Source: Chiloscyllium plagiosum
Taxonomy: Eukaryota
NCBI RefSeq assembly: GCF_004010195.1
Contig: NC_057718.1
Span: 58,309,704 to 58,373,703 of the forward strand
Length of the DNA: 64,000 nt
Direction: 5' to 3'
Shown: in pieces, positions 25,850 to 38,059 of the stretch
Numbering within the stretch: position 1 is the first letter of the stretch
How the letters are laid out: each line of letters opens with the position of its first letter
Position numbers and translations under genes: made by a program
Notes under the pieces: model-generated
Databases searched by the model: none
The model's input: the letters and a program-made list of their open reading frames with translations, nothing else
What the model was told of the DNA's origin: nothing

Positions 25850-26930
25850 GAACATTCAAGTTATGCTTTAATTTTGCTTTTTTAAGCTCACTTCATCAAT
25901 TGTAACATGACGGAATAATCAATTTTAATTGCCAATGTACCACAACATTTTTTGAAAGAGCTTTTCTTGAGGACTTTGCATCGAGCCTAAGTTATGATTT
26001 AATTGCTTGAGAGGAGCTTTTCTTTTGAATGTGTTATTTGCCCACTGACTTTGCTGAAATTGGTGTCACCCTTTCTCCTAAAATGATGCATGTCCTGCTC
26101 ATTTTCACCCACATTCTTCCACTGCTTGTTACAGCCTGGATTGTGTTTCTCATCCTTGGATCAAATTGTTCTCAGGAGGACAGGATAATCTCAAAGAGGG
26201 CTACCCTCCTTTACACCCAAGACTGGTCGTAAAATGGACCATTTCTCTTCATGTTTATGCCAACAACAATGAAACAGTCTGTTTTAACAAGGACTGCAGT
26301 GTGAGCTATTGCCTGCCTCTGTTGACAATTATATCCCAAAAGCAGGCCCAATCCACCACGAGAGCTCTTTACAATAGTTATAATCTTTGGAATTTTCCAG
26401 TGCTGGCATGGCATACAGGATGTTGCTTTAGCATCAAGTCTGGTAAATTGTTTTTTTTTTCCACTGCAAACAATTTGACAAGGAAAGGCATGCATGTTGA
26501 CCTTCTTCAGTATATTTGTACTGGCTTTGATATTAAAATAAGTTTCTGGTTGCTTGTGGATAACAAACAGAAAGCCTTTCTGTAAATTATATTGGTTTCA
26601 TGTAATTCAATGGACATGTCATAATTCTGAGCACAACTGTTTTTTCTATCACTTACAGAAATATCCCTTTGTTATATGTCTATGGAATGGCCATCCAAAG
26701 GAGCACACCCACATCCCTCTGTGTTAATAGTTTTGTTTCTGGTGAATAGAGGTTCTCATTTGAACAATGGCAAGAAAAGGTTTCCCAAGAAAGGCACTAC
26801 CATAAGCAGCCGTCACACTTGGATCTTGGCTGAGGACTGGCCCATCTATTCAACGCTCCAGTTTTGTAGTGACTGGACAAAGCATGGATTTTGCCTCCCA
26901 CTGTATATCAACTTTAGCAATCCCCGGTAG
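25850..26930 (-). mobile_element. Very degenerate Gypsy pol remnant (RT/RNase H)
   Basis: QHPVCHAS..ALVVDWAC resembles PVAYAS..LAVVWAC (~26340-26430). Confidence 0.45.
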
Positions 26931-27007
26931 TATGAACAGGTTCAGAGTGAAGTTCATTTTATTCAGCCAACAACATTTTCTCTAACCGTCTTATCTAACT
27001 GCATCTT

Positions 27008-27352
27008 GGGATGGCACAGTGGCTCAGTAGTTAGGACTGCTGCCTCACAGAGCCAAGGACCTGGGTTCGATTCCAGCCTTAGTTGATTGTACAAACTCCA
27101 CATGGACATTCTCCCTAAGTCTGCATGGATTTCCTCCGGGTGCTCCAGTTTCCTCCCACAGTTCAAAGACGTGTAGGTTAGGTGGATTGGAACTGCTAAA
27201 TTACATGGGATGTGCAGGCTAGGTGGTTTAGTTATGGGAAATACAAAGTTACAGGGATAGGGTAGTGGGGTGCGTCTGGGTGGCAAACTCTTCGGCAGGT
27301 CAGTGTGGACCCAATGGGCTGGCTAGCCTGCTTCCACACTGTAGGGATTCTA
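27008..27352 (+). mobile_element. HE1-type V-SINE (older subfamily)
   Basis: tRNA head, V-domain and ccacactgtagggattcta tail. Confidence 0.88.
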
Positions 27353-29059
27353 ACTGAACTAATGTGATATTTGCCATTTTATAGAGTGCCCAGTTCATTT
27401 TACAGTTGTCAGAGGATTCATCTGCGTTCCCTTATAATTCACATTAGGGGTGAATTGCCAGATTCTAAGCCACTGTGTCACTCACTGTCCAGGCAATATC
27501 TCCCTCAGGAAACATTCAGAAGTTTAGTAACATTGCAATGTTGATTCCTCTGCTGATAATTCCAAACAAAAAAATCTTATCCATATGTTCATCTTATTAA
27601 TATAGATTGAAACCAAAATTATGGAGGCATACACAGCACTCGCTGAATATTTTTGTTAAAACCAACAATTTGTGGACATTTCTACTCATGGAAAATTAAT
27701 TATTGATGCAAATCTGAAAAGCGAAGGAAATGAAAGCTGTCAGTTTAAGCCTGCGGGGAGGTGTGAATACTGTAAAATATCTATGCTAAATGTTGCTTCA
27801 GTTCACTGTAAAAATTGCCTTTCTTAGATCAAAACATTCTGTCCTTTATTTTCATTTAAGAGGCTTATAGTCTCACCAGTAGTTAAGGTATCCAAGGCTT
27901 ATTAGTGTAATGAGCTGAAAGGTTAGATTTTCAATCAGGAAACCCATTTGCCTTGAGCAATACCAGGAGCATTTGTTCCAAGATTTTTCTTCCCTGGGTT
28001 TGTGTAAAAAAAATTCAATTTGTTGGTGGCCTGGCTTATACATTACAAATACTGTCAGTCACAGAGTATTGGTGTGATTTCAAATCGATTCTCAATTACA
28101 ACAGAAATAGGTTTGGTCTGATGTTTGCCACTGAGAATGTTGCAAAATAATTCACAATAAAAGGCATTTTTTTATATAGGCCAATTACTCTCATGATAAG
28201 TGATACCAGAAGCACCTATAAGTTTGCATTCAGCGCCATTCTTTACTGTACAATCCAGCAGATATGACCAACTGGAAATATATAATCGCATGCATCAGGG
28301 CTAGTAAATCAGACAGATTAATATTTTGAATAAGTGTATGAAAAGTTAAATTTACCTTTCCCTTTATAATTGCTGTCAAGTCTGTCACGCACCAAGAATA
28401 TTACATATTTTCAGTTTAGCAACATTTACAACTTTTCTTCCCAGGCAATTATATCGTTTACAAACTCTTGACCACTCAATCCTGGTGCTTTGTTTAACAT
28501 ATAGCTTATCTTCAGGGTGAATAAAAAAGCTTCGAAAAATGTGGATAAAAGCTGAGATAAATGTGGAAAAGTGAAGTTGACATTTATGCAATCAATTTAT
28601 CTGCATCGATATCAGATTTCCCTGACATTCTTTGAACTGCATCAACCATATAAATCTAAATGTGTATTATGTGAATGTGCAGATTGTTTAATGAGTCAAG
28701 TTTGCTTCTTCCATTTTGAATTGAACAAAGTTTGTCAGGATGTTTAGGTGCTGGTTTAAGAGGTTTTGTGGTAATTGACTGATGTTCACTCATTTTCACA
28801 GCTGGAGCTGAACTTTGAACCTTGTCAGAATTTATGGGTGAGATTCTCCTTCCTGTACTCATTCTGAAGTGTGTCTATAAAATTTATTGGGACTATTTCA
28901 GCCCAGTCCCTATTCTCTTCTTTTTCTTCTTCAGTAGCCCCTCAAGACCAAGAAAATATTATTTCCCTTTCAATTCAATGGGTTCTCAGATGTCTGAAAA
29001 ATCCAGTATGTAACTTGCAGTTTGTGAATGTCAGCCGGTTGGTGCTGAAGAGTTGGTGT

Positions 29060-29560
29060 GCTCATTTGGAGGCTTGTGCCCTCCCTCAACTTTGCATTTT
29101 CACATTCCCTGTTAGGGCTATTTTTCTGTATAAGCCAAAGTTTCCCAGTAACTAATGAGTATCTTAGACATCTTCAGGGATGTTTTGAGGACTGCTCTAA
29201 AAACTTCTGCTATCCTCCTGGGAGTCTCCTGGTTCCCGGGTTTCAGACGTTTTGTGTCAGGCACTTGATTGAAAAGTCTCGCCTATTGGTGCTTGTTTGG
29301 AGTGATTAGTCCCTTGATATTGGACAGACTGCACTCTGTTGTTGGACCACCTTTCTTGCTACTGGATGTGAAGGATTTTGTGAAGACATTGCTAGCAGCC
29401 TTCTCTACTTCTTTGAGATCTCTGCGATAGATCATCCAAGTGTCAAAAGCATGTAGGAATGTAGATATTACATTATGGAGCCTCATTACAGATCTGCACG
29501 GTGTAAGTTCCACCTGGTAGATTTGCTGCCACCGCCATCATTCCTGACAAGGATCAACTA
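29060..29560 (-). mobile_element. RTE LINE 3' fragment
   Basis: VISTFLHAFDTWMIYRRDLKEVEK resembles RTE VLPTLLYASETWT.YRRH..ALE. Confidence 0.65.
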
Positions 29561-29697
29561 GATCCTGGAAGATTTATTGTAGTTGAGGAAAACTACCTAG
29601 TAGTCCAATGAGAAAAGACTCTTGTCTCAAACAATAATTAGTTTACTGACTGATAGCAATGAGCTCTAAAATACATTAGCATGATTGACATTAGCAT

Positions 29698-30012
29698 GGG
29701 GCAGCACGGTGGCTCAGTAGTTAGCACTGCTGCCTCACAGCACCAGAGTCCCAGATTCGATTCAAACCTTGAGCAGCTGTCTGTGTGGAGTTTGCACGTT
29801 CTCCCTGTGTCTGCGTGGGTTTCCTCCGGGTGCTTCGGTTTCCTCTCACAGTCCAAAGATGTGCAGGTCAGGTGAATTGGCCATGCTAAATTGCCCATAG
29901 TGTTAGGTGCATTGGTCAGAGGGAAATGGGTCTGGGGGTGGGTTCCTCTTTGGAGGGTCAGTGTGGACCTGTTGGGCGGAGAAGCCTGTTTCCACACTGT
30001 AGGGAATCTAAT
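29698..30012 (+). mobile_element. HE1-type V-SINE
   Basis: Full head gggcagcacggtggctcag, V-domain and tail. Confidence 0.93.
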
Positions 30013-30047
30013 CCATAAAGATTATGAGGGAGACCTTGAAGTTAGGT

Positions 30048-30201
30048 ACAAAATTAGAGACTGCTGGAGAAATCAGAGGTAACATTTCAGATCAGTCAAC
30101 CTGAAAAGTAACTCTAGGTGCTGCCAGACCTGTTGAGCTTTTCCAGTAATTTTTATTTTTGTCTCTGATTTACAGCATCCAAAGTTCTTTTGGTTTTTAT
30201 T
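30048..30201. mobile_element. Degenerate mini fold-back PLE (family C)
   Basis: Related to 22878; flanks ttgaagttaggt / ttgaaactaggt. Confidence 0.65.
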
Positions 30202-30379
30202 TTGAAACTAGGTTTTATTCATTTTAAGGCCCAAAGATGTTCTCCCTGCCTGGGTCTAAACATTATAATCAGACTGGGTAATCCCTATTGCATTCCTCAG
30301 CATTAAACCTTTCAGAACAATGGCAAATATAGACCCATCAACTTCCGTATTAAAATCCGGGGGCTAGAGTCAAAAATAG

Positions 30380-32187
30380 GAAATCTGCGAAAGGGTTAGG
30401 GTCCAGCAAATCTGATATCACACCGACAGTCATGGAATCACACCGACAGTTTCCCAGACATCAGTATCGCCATTTCTGGATATGTCTTGTTTCACTTGCA
30501 GGACAGACCCAACAGAGGAGGCAGTACAGTGGGATATAGTCAAAAAGAGTTGCCCTGGATGTCCTCAGTATTGACTCTGGACACAGTGAAACCTCATGGC
30601 ACCTGTCAAACATGGACAAGGAAACCTCCTGCTGATTACCACATACCATCTTCCCTCAAATAATGCATCACCACTCCAGCATGTTCAACACCATTTGGAG
30701 GAAGCACTGATGTGTTAAGGGTATAGCCGTCCTCTGGTTTGAGACTTCAATGTCCACCACAAAGAAGTGCCTCAGCAGCACTACTACTGATTGAGCTGGT
30801 TGAGTCAAAAAAGACATATCTGGGACTGTGGCAGATGGTGAAGGAACAAACAAGAGGGAAAAACATACTTCACCTCATCCTTACTAATCTGCCGCAGACC
30901 TATCTGTCCATGATGCAAGAGGTAAAGGTGACGAATCTTTACAGACACAAAGTACTACCTGCACATTGATAGTATCTTACATTGTGTGGCACTATCATCA
31001 TGCTCATGTGATAGATTTGAAACAGATCTAATAACTCAAGACTTGACATCTATGAACGCATTGTGGGCCATCAACAGCAGTAGAGTTGTACTTCAACACA
31101 ATCTGCAACCTCATGGTCTGGCACAGTCCTCACTCTACCGTTGCTGTTAAGTGAGGTGATCAATGGAAAGTACAGGAGAGCACGCCGGGAGCAGCACCAG
31201 GCATACTTAAGAATTAAGTGTCAATCTGGTGAAGCTACAAAACAAGACTAACTGTGTGCCAAACAGCAGAAGCAGCAAGTGATAATCTGAACAAAATGAT
31301 ACCACAACCAACGGATCAGATCTCAACTCTGCAATCCTGCCAAATCCAATCATGATTGAAGGTGAATAATTAGACAACTCTTAAGGAGGAGGCTCCACAA
31401 ATATCCCCATCCTCACTGATAGGGGAGGCCAGCACATCAGTGCACAAGACAGGATTGAAGCATTCAGCTTCAGGCTGGAGTGCTGAGTGGATCATCCATA
31501 TTGGCCTCCTTCAAATGTCCCCAGCATCACAGATACCAGTCTTCAGCCACTAACACAAAACACAGAACTTTGAGTGCTGCAGAACTGAGACAAACAAAAA
31601 CTCAGCAGGTCTGGCAGCATCTGTGGAGAGAAAGCAGAGTTAACATCACTGGTCACTGGACTCAAAATGCTATCTCTGTTTCTCTTCACATATGGTGCCA
31701 GACCTGTTGACATTTTCTAGCACTTGTTGTTCTGTTTGTTTCAGTGTTCAGCCAATTTGATTCGGTCCATGTGATACCAAGAAATGGTTGGAGGCAAAGG
31801 CTATGGGCCCTGACAATAGTTCGGAAATAGTATTGAAGATTCATGTTCCAAAACTTGCTGCTCCACTAGCCTAGCTGTTCCAGTACAGTTACAAGACTGG
31901 CATCTACCAGACAATGTGGAAAATTGCCCAGGTACATCCTGTACACAAAAACAGGTCAAATCCAAGGAAGCCCAATTAACACTGAATCACTGATGGATGG
32001 TTTCATTGACAGTACTATCACACAGCACTTCATTAGGAATAACTGTTCGCTGCTGCTTAGTTTGGGTTCCACCAGGGCCACTCAGCTCCTCGTCTTATTG
32101 CAGCCTTCGTTCAGGTATGGAGGAAAGAACTGAATCCCACTGTTGACAGCCCTTGACACCAAGGCTGCATTTGACCAAGTGTGGCAC
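30380..32187 (+). mobile_element. RTEX-like LINE fragment (APE endonuclease plus RT start)
   Basis: HVQHHLEEAL, DFNVHHK, VKEQTRGKNILHLILTN, WKIAQV.PVHK, ALDTKAAFDQVWH. Confidence 0.75.
31550..31746. mobile_element. Mini fold-back PLE (family C-like) inserted in the LINE
   Basis: Inverted arms; 8-bp TSD ttcagcca at 31542 and 31747. Confidence 0.78.
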
Positions 32188-32189
32188 TA

Positions 32190-32895
32190 CCTTTCGTCAT
32201 TTATATTAATGATTTGGATGTGAGCATAACAGGTATAGTTAGTAAGTTTGCAGATGATACCAAAATTGGAGGTGTAGGAGGCAGCGAAAAAGGTTACCTC
32301 GGATTACAGTGGGATCTTGACCAGATGGGCCAATGGGCTGATGGAATATTGTGTGCAATTCTGTTCTCCTTCCTATTGGAAGGATGTTGTGAAACTTGAA
32401 AGGGTTCAGAAAAGATTTATGAGGATGTTGCCAGGTTTGGAGGATTTGAGCTATAGGAAGAAGTTGAATAGACTAGGGCTGTTTTCACTGGCGCGTTGGA
32501 GCCTGAGGGGTGACCTTATAGTGGTTTATAAAATCATGGGGTGCATGGATAGGTTAAATAGACAATGTCTTTTCCTTGGGGTGGGGGAGTCCAGAACTAG
32601 AGGGTGTACGTTTAGGGTGAGAGGGAAAGATATAAAAGGGACCTAAGTGGCAACGTTTTCACGCAGAGGGTAGTACGTGTATGGAATGAGCTGTCAAAGA
32701 AAGTGGTGCAGGCTGGTAGAATTGCATCATTTAAAAGGCATCTGGATGGGTACATGAATAGAAAGGGTTTGGAGGGATATGGGCTGGGTGCTGGCCAGTG
32801 GGACTAGATTGGGTTTGGATATCTGGTCGGCATGGATACGTTGGACCGAAGGGTCTGTTTCCATGCGGTGCATCTCTATTACTCTTTGATTCTAA
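32190..32895 (+). mobile_element. CR1 family A 3' fragment with an internal deletion
   Basis: SKFADDTKIGG, EYCVQF, 3'UTR and ctctat-type tail. Confidence 0.92.
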
Positions 32896-33056
32896 TTAAG
32901 CAAAATGAGCAGACTATGAAAAGGTCTCTTGATATACAGGGAAGCTCTGCATCAAAGCAATAACATTCTTGTCCACTTACATTGTATCAAAACTCTGTTA
33001 AATTTCTTCTTGCAACCCTTCATCTCCTGCAAATGCCCCACTGCCCACTACACCAT

Positions 33057-33773
33057 TGTTATGAAGATATGGGTGTAATACAACTATAAGAGAATTAAAA
33101 GCTAGCAGCACTATCTGACAGCACCAAGTGTTCTGAACAAGATACAATGTAACATGTGGTTCAGTAGCTAGGGTAGCTGGTAGCCTGGAAATGCCAAAAC
33201 AGTTTTGAATTAGGCCAATCAGTTTAAATTATACCCCAAAAAGAAACCAAACTCCAATTAAGTTTGAATTTAGTATTTTGACAATCCCAAAAGCCAATGG
33301 TACAATCCAATGCTTTTTGGCAGGGGGGGGAGGGGGTATAAGACCAGGGAAAATTGAACAGTTGGGAGGAGAACTGCCAAGCCAACGACATCTGCAGACT
33401 GCCCAAAGAATAGCTCTCTTAAAAGGTATCTTTATCAATCTGTGACCTGTGAAGCATAATCCCCAAGAAGAAGAAAAGACACAAGAAGATCCCAACAGAA
33501 GATTTGACAATTGACTGGTTTTGAAAACTTGAATTTTTGGTATATCTTAAATGGGAAGCTTTGTCGGACTAGTATTATAGAAGGGAAGGTAAAGAAGGAG
33601 TTGAAAATAGTTGTTAATTAATTATTCTCTGTTATTCCTGAAGAAATAAAGTGGTTAAATTTTACTTTAACTTGTTCTTGGCTTCTTGAATTTTCACAGA
33701 TTACTGCATGGATTCAATCTTTTCTGTCTTGCTGGCTTAAATTAAGCAAGAGGGTTTACTCTGTGTCAGAACA
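33057..33773 (+). mobile_element. Solo LTR
   Basis: TGTT..AACA termini; 4-bp TSD ccat (33053 and 33774); TATAA ~33336; AATAAA ~33645. Confidence 0.82.
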
Positions 33774-33789
33774 CCATCCTTATATTTTT

Positions 33790-35010
33790 TTGGTGTCCTG
33801 CTCTCCCTAATGTCCATGTCACATCCTAAACCTTTCATCTTCATGGAGGATTGAGCTTAGACAGAGAATGACCATCTCAGGGACAATTCTTGTAGATTCT
33901 CCTTCAGGTTTTCCGCAAACATTGTGAGGTACTCTTCCCAAGAGGTGATCTTCTGGATTGACAAAGCAGCTTGGAAGGACATTACAAAGGAGATGAAAAA
34001 CCCTGAGATTCTCTAAAGATCCTAATTGTAGGAAAATAACTATTTCATCCTTATAAAGCTTCATTTTGGTCCAATTTATTACACAGATGCCTTTGTGCTC
34101 TACCCAATAGTGCAAATCATTAGCTGCTAGCAATGCAATCCCATTTACTCCTTCCCAGTGGAGGTCTTGTTCCAAAAGGGTGCGGCTATCAGCGATGACT
34201 TGCCATGAAAGCCTTATACTCCTGAAACATGTCAATAGAGCTGATCCTCTGCCTGTAAACCCTGTGTTGGGACTTTCACCTACTTCCAGTTGGATCTTGG
34301 TGTCCTTCCCTTCTGTGAGTACTGCATTCAATCCTGGTCTTCCCACTATAGGAAAGATATTGTTAAACTTGAAAAGGTGCAGAAAAGATTTACAAGGATG
34401 TTGCTGGGATTGGATAGTTTCAACTATCGCATGAGACTGAATAGGCTGAAGCTATTTTCCCTGGTGTGTCAAAGGCCATGGGGTGACTTTATAGAGGTTT
34501 ATAAAATTATGACAGGCATGGATAGGGTAAATAGACAAAGTCTTTTACCAGGGTAGTGGAGTCCAAAACTAGAGGGCATAGGTTTAAAATGAGGGAGCAA
34601 AGATATAAAAGAGACCTGAGGAGCAACCTTTTCCAAGCAGAGGATGATGCATATATGGAATGATCTGCCAGAGGAAGTGGTGGAAGCTGATACAATTACA
34701 ACATTTAAATGGGATCCTAAAAAGGATCTAAATGGTTACATATAGGAAGAGTTTAGAGGGATATGGGCCAAATACTGGCAAATGGGACGAGATTAATTTA
34801 GGATATTTGGTCAGCATGGACAAATTGGACCGTAGGGTCTGTTTCTATATTGTACAACTCTGTGACTCTGACTCTATAACTGAGGAAAAACCAGCTAGTA
34901 GTGCTGGTTCTAGTGTGACTTCTGCTTGTGCTGCTGGATCTAGTGCTGTTATTGTTGCTTCTGCTCATGCCCCTGCTCAGAGGTGTATCAGTTATTTCCC
35001 ATGCTACTCT
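33790..35010 (-). pseudogene. Harbinger/PIF (HARBI1-like) transposase remnant, split by a CR1 insertion
   Basis: Q-rich N-terminus (34880-35000); HRVYRQR; RLSWQVIAD..LLEQDL; decayed GVIDCTH-like, GFHSL-like and LLG motifs in ORF 33819-34346. Confidence 0.62.
34316..34878 (+). mobile_element. CR1 3' fragment
   Basis: EYCIQSW..KLEKVQKRFTRML; gactct tail. Confidence 0.9.
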
Positions 35011-35059
35011 CCAGAGTGTTTTCCTACTGCTCTAATCGAAGTTGGCCCTCAGACCCAGT

Positions 35060-35830
35060 GATGGAAAGAGAGTGGTGACTGCAAATTATCCCAAATCCAA
35101 GCTGTTGGCATTGCAATTTAAACAACAGAAGGAAGTGAGGGAGGGAGGGAGAGAAGGAAGGATGAAGGAAATCAATGTGATCAGACAGTGTGAAAGCAAA
35201 ATAATAACTTTCTGAGCTTTTAGTGTTGTTTCAGGAAGTAACATGTCAGAAGAATAAAGAGAAGTCTGTAGATTTGGTGTGTTTGGATTTCCAAAAGGCA
35301 CTTGATAAGGTACCATTTCAGAGGTTACTACACAATCTAGAAAGCATATGGCTTTGGGGTTGCATATTTGCATGGACACAACATTGGTAAACTAACAGGA
35401 AGAGTAAGGATAAGTAGGGGTGTTTTTCATTGACATGTTGTAACTAATAATTTTTAATATCAATAGTGTCACACAGAGCAGAACTGGTTTGTCACATATT
35501 ATCAATTTGTGAAATCAGTTTGGACGCAGGAACTGAAAATATGGTCATTTAGATTTGTTGTTGATACCAAATAAATGATAAGTTGTCAAATAACATAAGG
35601 AGTTTGAACATGGACAGAGATAAGTTAAATGAGTAAACAAAAATTGCTAGCTGCAGTATAATGTGAGCATGTCGACATTAAGAGGAAGAGTTGAAAAGTA
35701 GTGTACTTTTCAATGGAGAGAGACCGCAGATTTTGGAGGTACTGAGAAAAATGGATATTCTAGTACATGAATTTAAAAAAAAGTCATACAACAGTAACAA
35801 GAGGAATAGATTATAAAATGAAGCAAGTTT
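35060..35830 (+). mobile_element. Very degenerate CR1 RT fragment
   Basis: LDFQKALDKVP (~35285) and RFVVDTK (~35550). Confidence 0.6.
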
Positions 35831-36039
35831 TACTGTTTTTTTGAATGGTCTTAGATCTTTTTCAGGGTTTTTACATTTTTGTTTTATTTTAAAGTCTTTG
35901 TTCCGAGAAACTGTGGGTAAGTAGACATTAGCAATGTAATGGCATGTATGGTGCAGAGAATGTATGGGTAAGCAAATTCATGAATGGCAATTTGGTGAAG
36001 AACAGGAGTTTACTGGAATGTTATCGGATATTCTATATG

Positions 36040-36222
36040 TACCTGAGAAAGTGGCAAGGGCCTCAGTTTAATGTCTCATCTGAAAGATGGACGTCTGACA
36101 GGTTAGCATTTTCTCAGTACTGCATAGAGTATCAGCCATAATCTTTTCATCTCAAATCCTGGATTGGGACCTGAATCCACAACCTTTTGATTTAAATGCA
36201 AGAATCCTATCAACTGACACGT
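36040..36222 (-). mobile_element. DeuSINE head plus Deu domain
   Basis: cctcagtttaatgtctcatctgaaagatgg..ctcagtactgca is the reverse complement of the Deu core. Confidence 0.75.
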
Positions 36223-38059
36223 AGGTAACACCCGTCATAGTTGAGGTTTAAACATCACTCAATAATCTATTTGATTATCCTAAAGTCTATAAGTTATAGG
36301 AGTGTAATTAGGCCATTTGACCCATTGAATCAGCTCCAGCACTCAATCATGGCTGTCATATTTCTCAACCCTATTCTCTTGCCTTCTCCCCATAATCCTT
36401 GCTCTCCTCACTAATCAAGAACCTGTCTTATCTCTGTCTTAAATACACTCTGTTACTTGGCTTCCACAACCTTCTGTGACAGATTCACCACCCTCTGTCT
36501 GAAGAAATACCTCCTCATCTCAGTTCTAAAGCAGCATCCCTTTATTCTGAGGCTGTTTCTGTGGGTCCTAGTCTACCATACTAGTGGAAATATCTTCTCC
36601 ACATTCACTCTGTTCAAGCTCTCAGTATTCTGTAAGTTTCAATGAGATCTCCCCTCATCCTTCTAAATTCCATCAAGTATAGACCCATAGTCCTCAATCG
36701 CTCCTCAAATGACAAGCCCTTCATCCCTGTGATCATTCCTGTGCACCTCCCTGGACTCTGTCAAAGGCCACCACATCCTTAGATAATGCTCACAATACTC
36801 CAAATATGGTCTGACCATAGCCTAATACAGGCCCTGTAATACCTCTCTGCTCCTGTATTCTAGCCCTTTTGCAATTCATGTTAACACTGCATTTGTCTTC
36901 CTAGCTTACAAATTAACCTTGTTTAACCTTAAGAGTATCCTGAACTAGGACTCCTAAGTCCCTTTGTCCTTCAGAATTCTGAAGCTAGAAAATAGTCTAG
37001 GCCTCTATTATTCCAATCATAGTGCATAACTTCATACTTTCCCACATTGTGCTCCATCTGCCACTTCTTTGCCTACTCTCCTACTCCATCCAAGTCCTTC
37101 TGCAATCTCCCTGCTTCCTAAATATTACCTGTTCCTCCGGGAGAAAGTGAAGACTGCAGATGCAGGAGATCAGAGTCGAAGAGTGTGGTGCTAGAAAAGC
37201 ACAGCCAATCAGGCAGCATCTGAGGAGCAGGTGAGTCAACTTTTCCAGCATGAGCCCTTCATCAGGAATGTAGGGGTGCCCAAGGGGGCTGAGAGATAAA
37301 TGGGAGGGGGATGGGGCTCGGGGGAAGGTAGCTGAGAATGCATTAGGGAGATGAAGTAGGGGGTGAAGGTGATAGATCAGAGAAGAGGGTGGAGCGGAAA
37401 ATGGACAGGTCAAGAGGGTGGTGCCATGTTGGAAAGGTGGACCTGGTATAAGGTGGGGGGAGGGGAAATGAGAAAACTGGTGAAATCCCCATTGATCCTG
37501 TGTAGTTGGAAGGTCCCAGGCAGAAGTTGGTGAGGGTGTGGTGATGGAGGAGGCCCAGGACCTGCATGTCCTTGGTGGGGAGTGGGATGGGGGAGTTAAA
37601 GTGTTCGGCAACAGGGTAGTGGGGTTGGTTGGTGCAGGTATCCTGGACATGTTCTCTGAAGCATTCCACAAGTAGGTAACCTGTCTCCCCAATGTAGAGG
37701 AGACCATATCAGGAGCAATGGACACAGCAGATGACATGTGTGGAAGTGCAGAGAGATCTCTGATGGATAGAGAAGGCTCCTTTGGGGCTTTGGACAGAGG
37801 TAAGGGGGTGGGAGGGAAAATTGCGGTCTTTGAAGAAGGAAGCCATTTGGTCTGTTCTGTGATGGAATTGGTCCTCCTGGGAGCAGATGCGGGGTAGGTA
37901 GAAGAACTGGTAATAAGGAATAGCATTTTTACAGGAGGCAGGGTGGGAGAAGGTGTAGTCCAGATAGCTGTGGGAGTCGGTAGGTTTGTAGTAGATGTCC
38001 ATGTTGAGTCAGTCACCATTAATGGAGATGGAGAGGTTCAGGAAGGGAGGGAGGTCCAA

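Noticed and set aside
33819..34346. 175-aa ORF as an intact or domesticated HARBI1
   Set aside because: The start lies in an antisense CR1, catalytic motifs are decayed and large parts are deleted
37081..38019. 312-aa ORF as a host gene
   Set aside because: Mostly out-of-frame reading of a frameshifted PLE; the recognisable motifs lie in other frames
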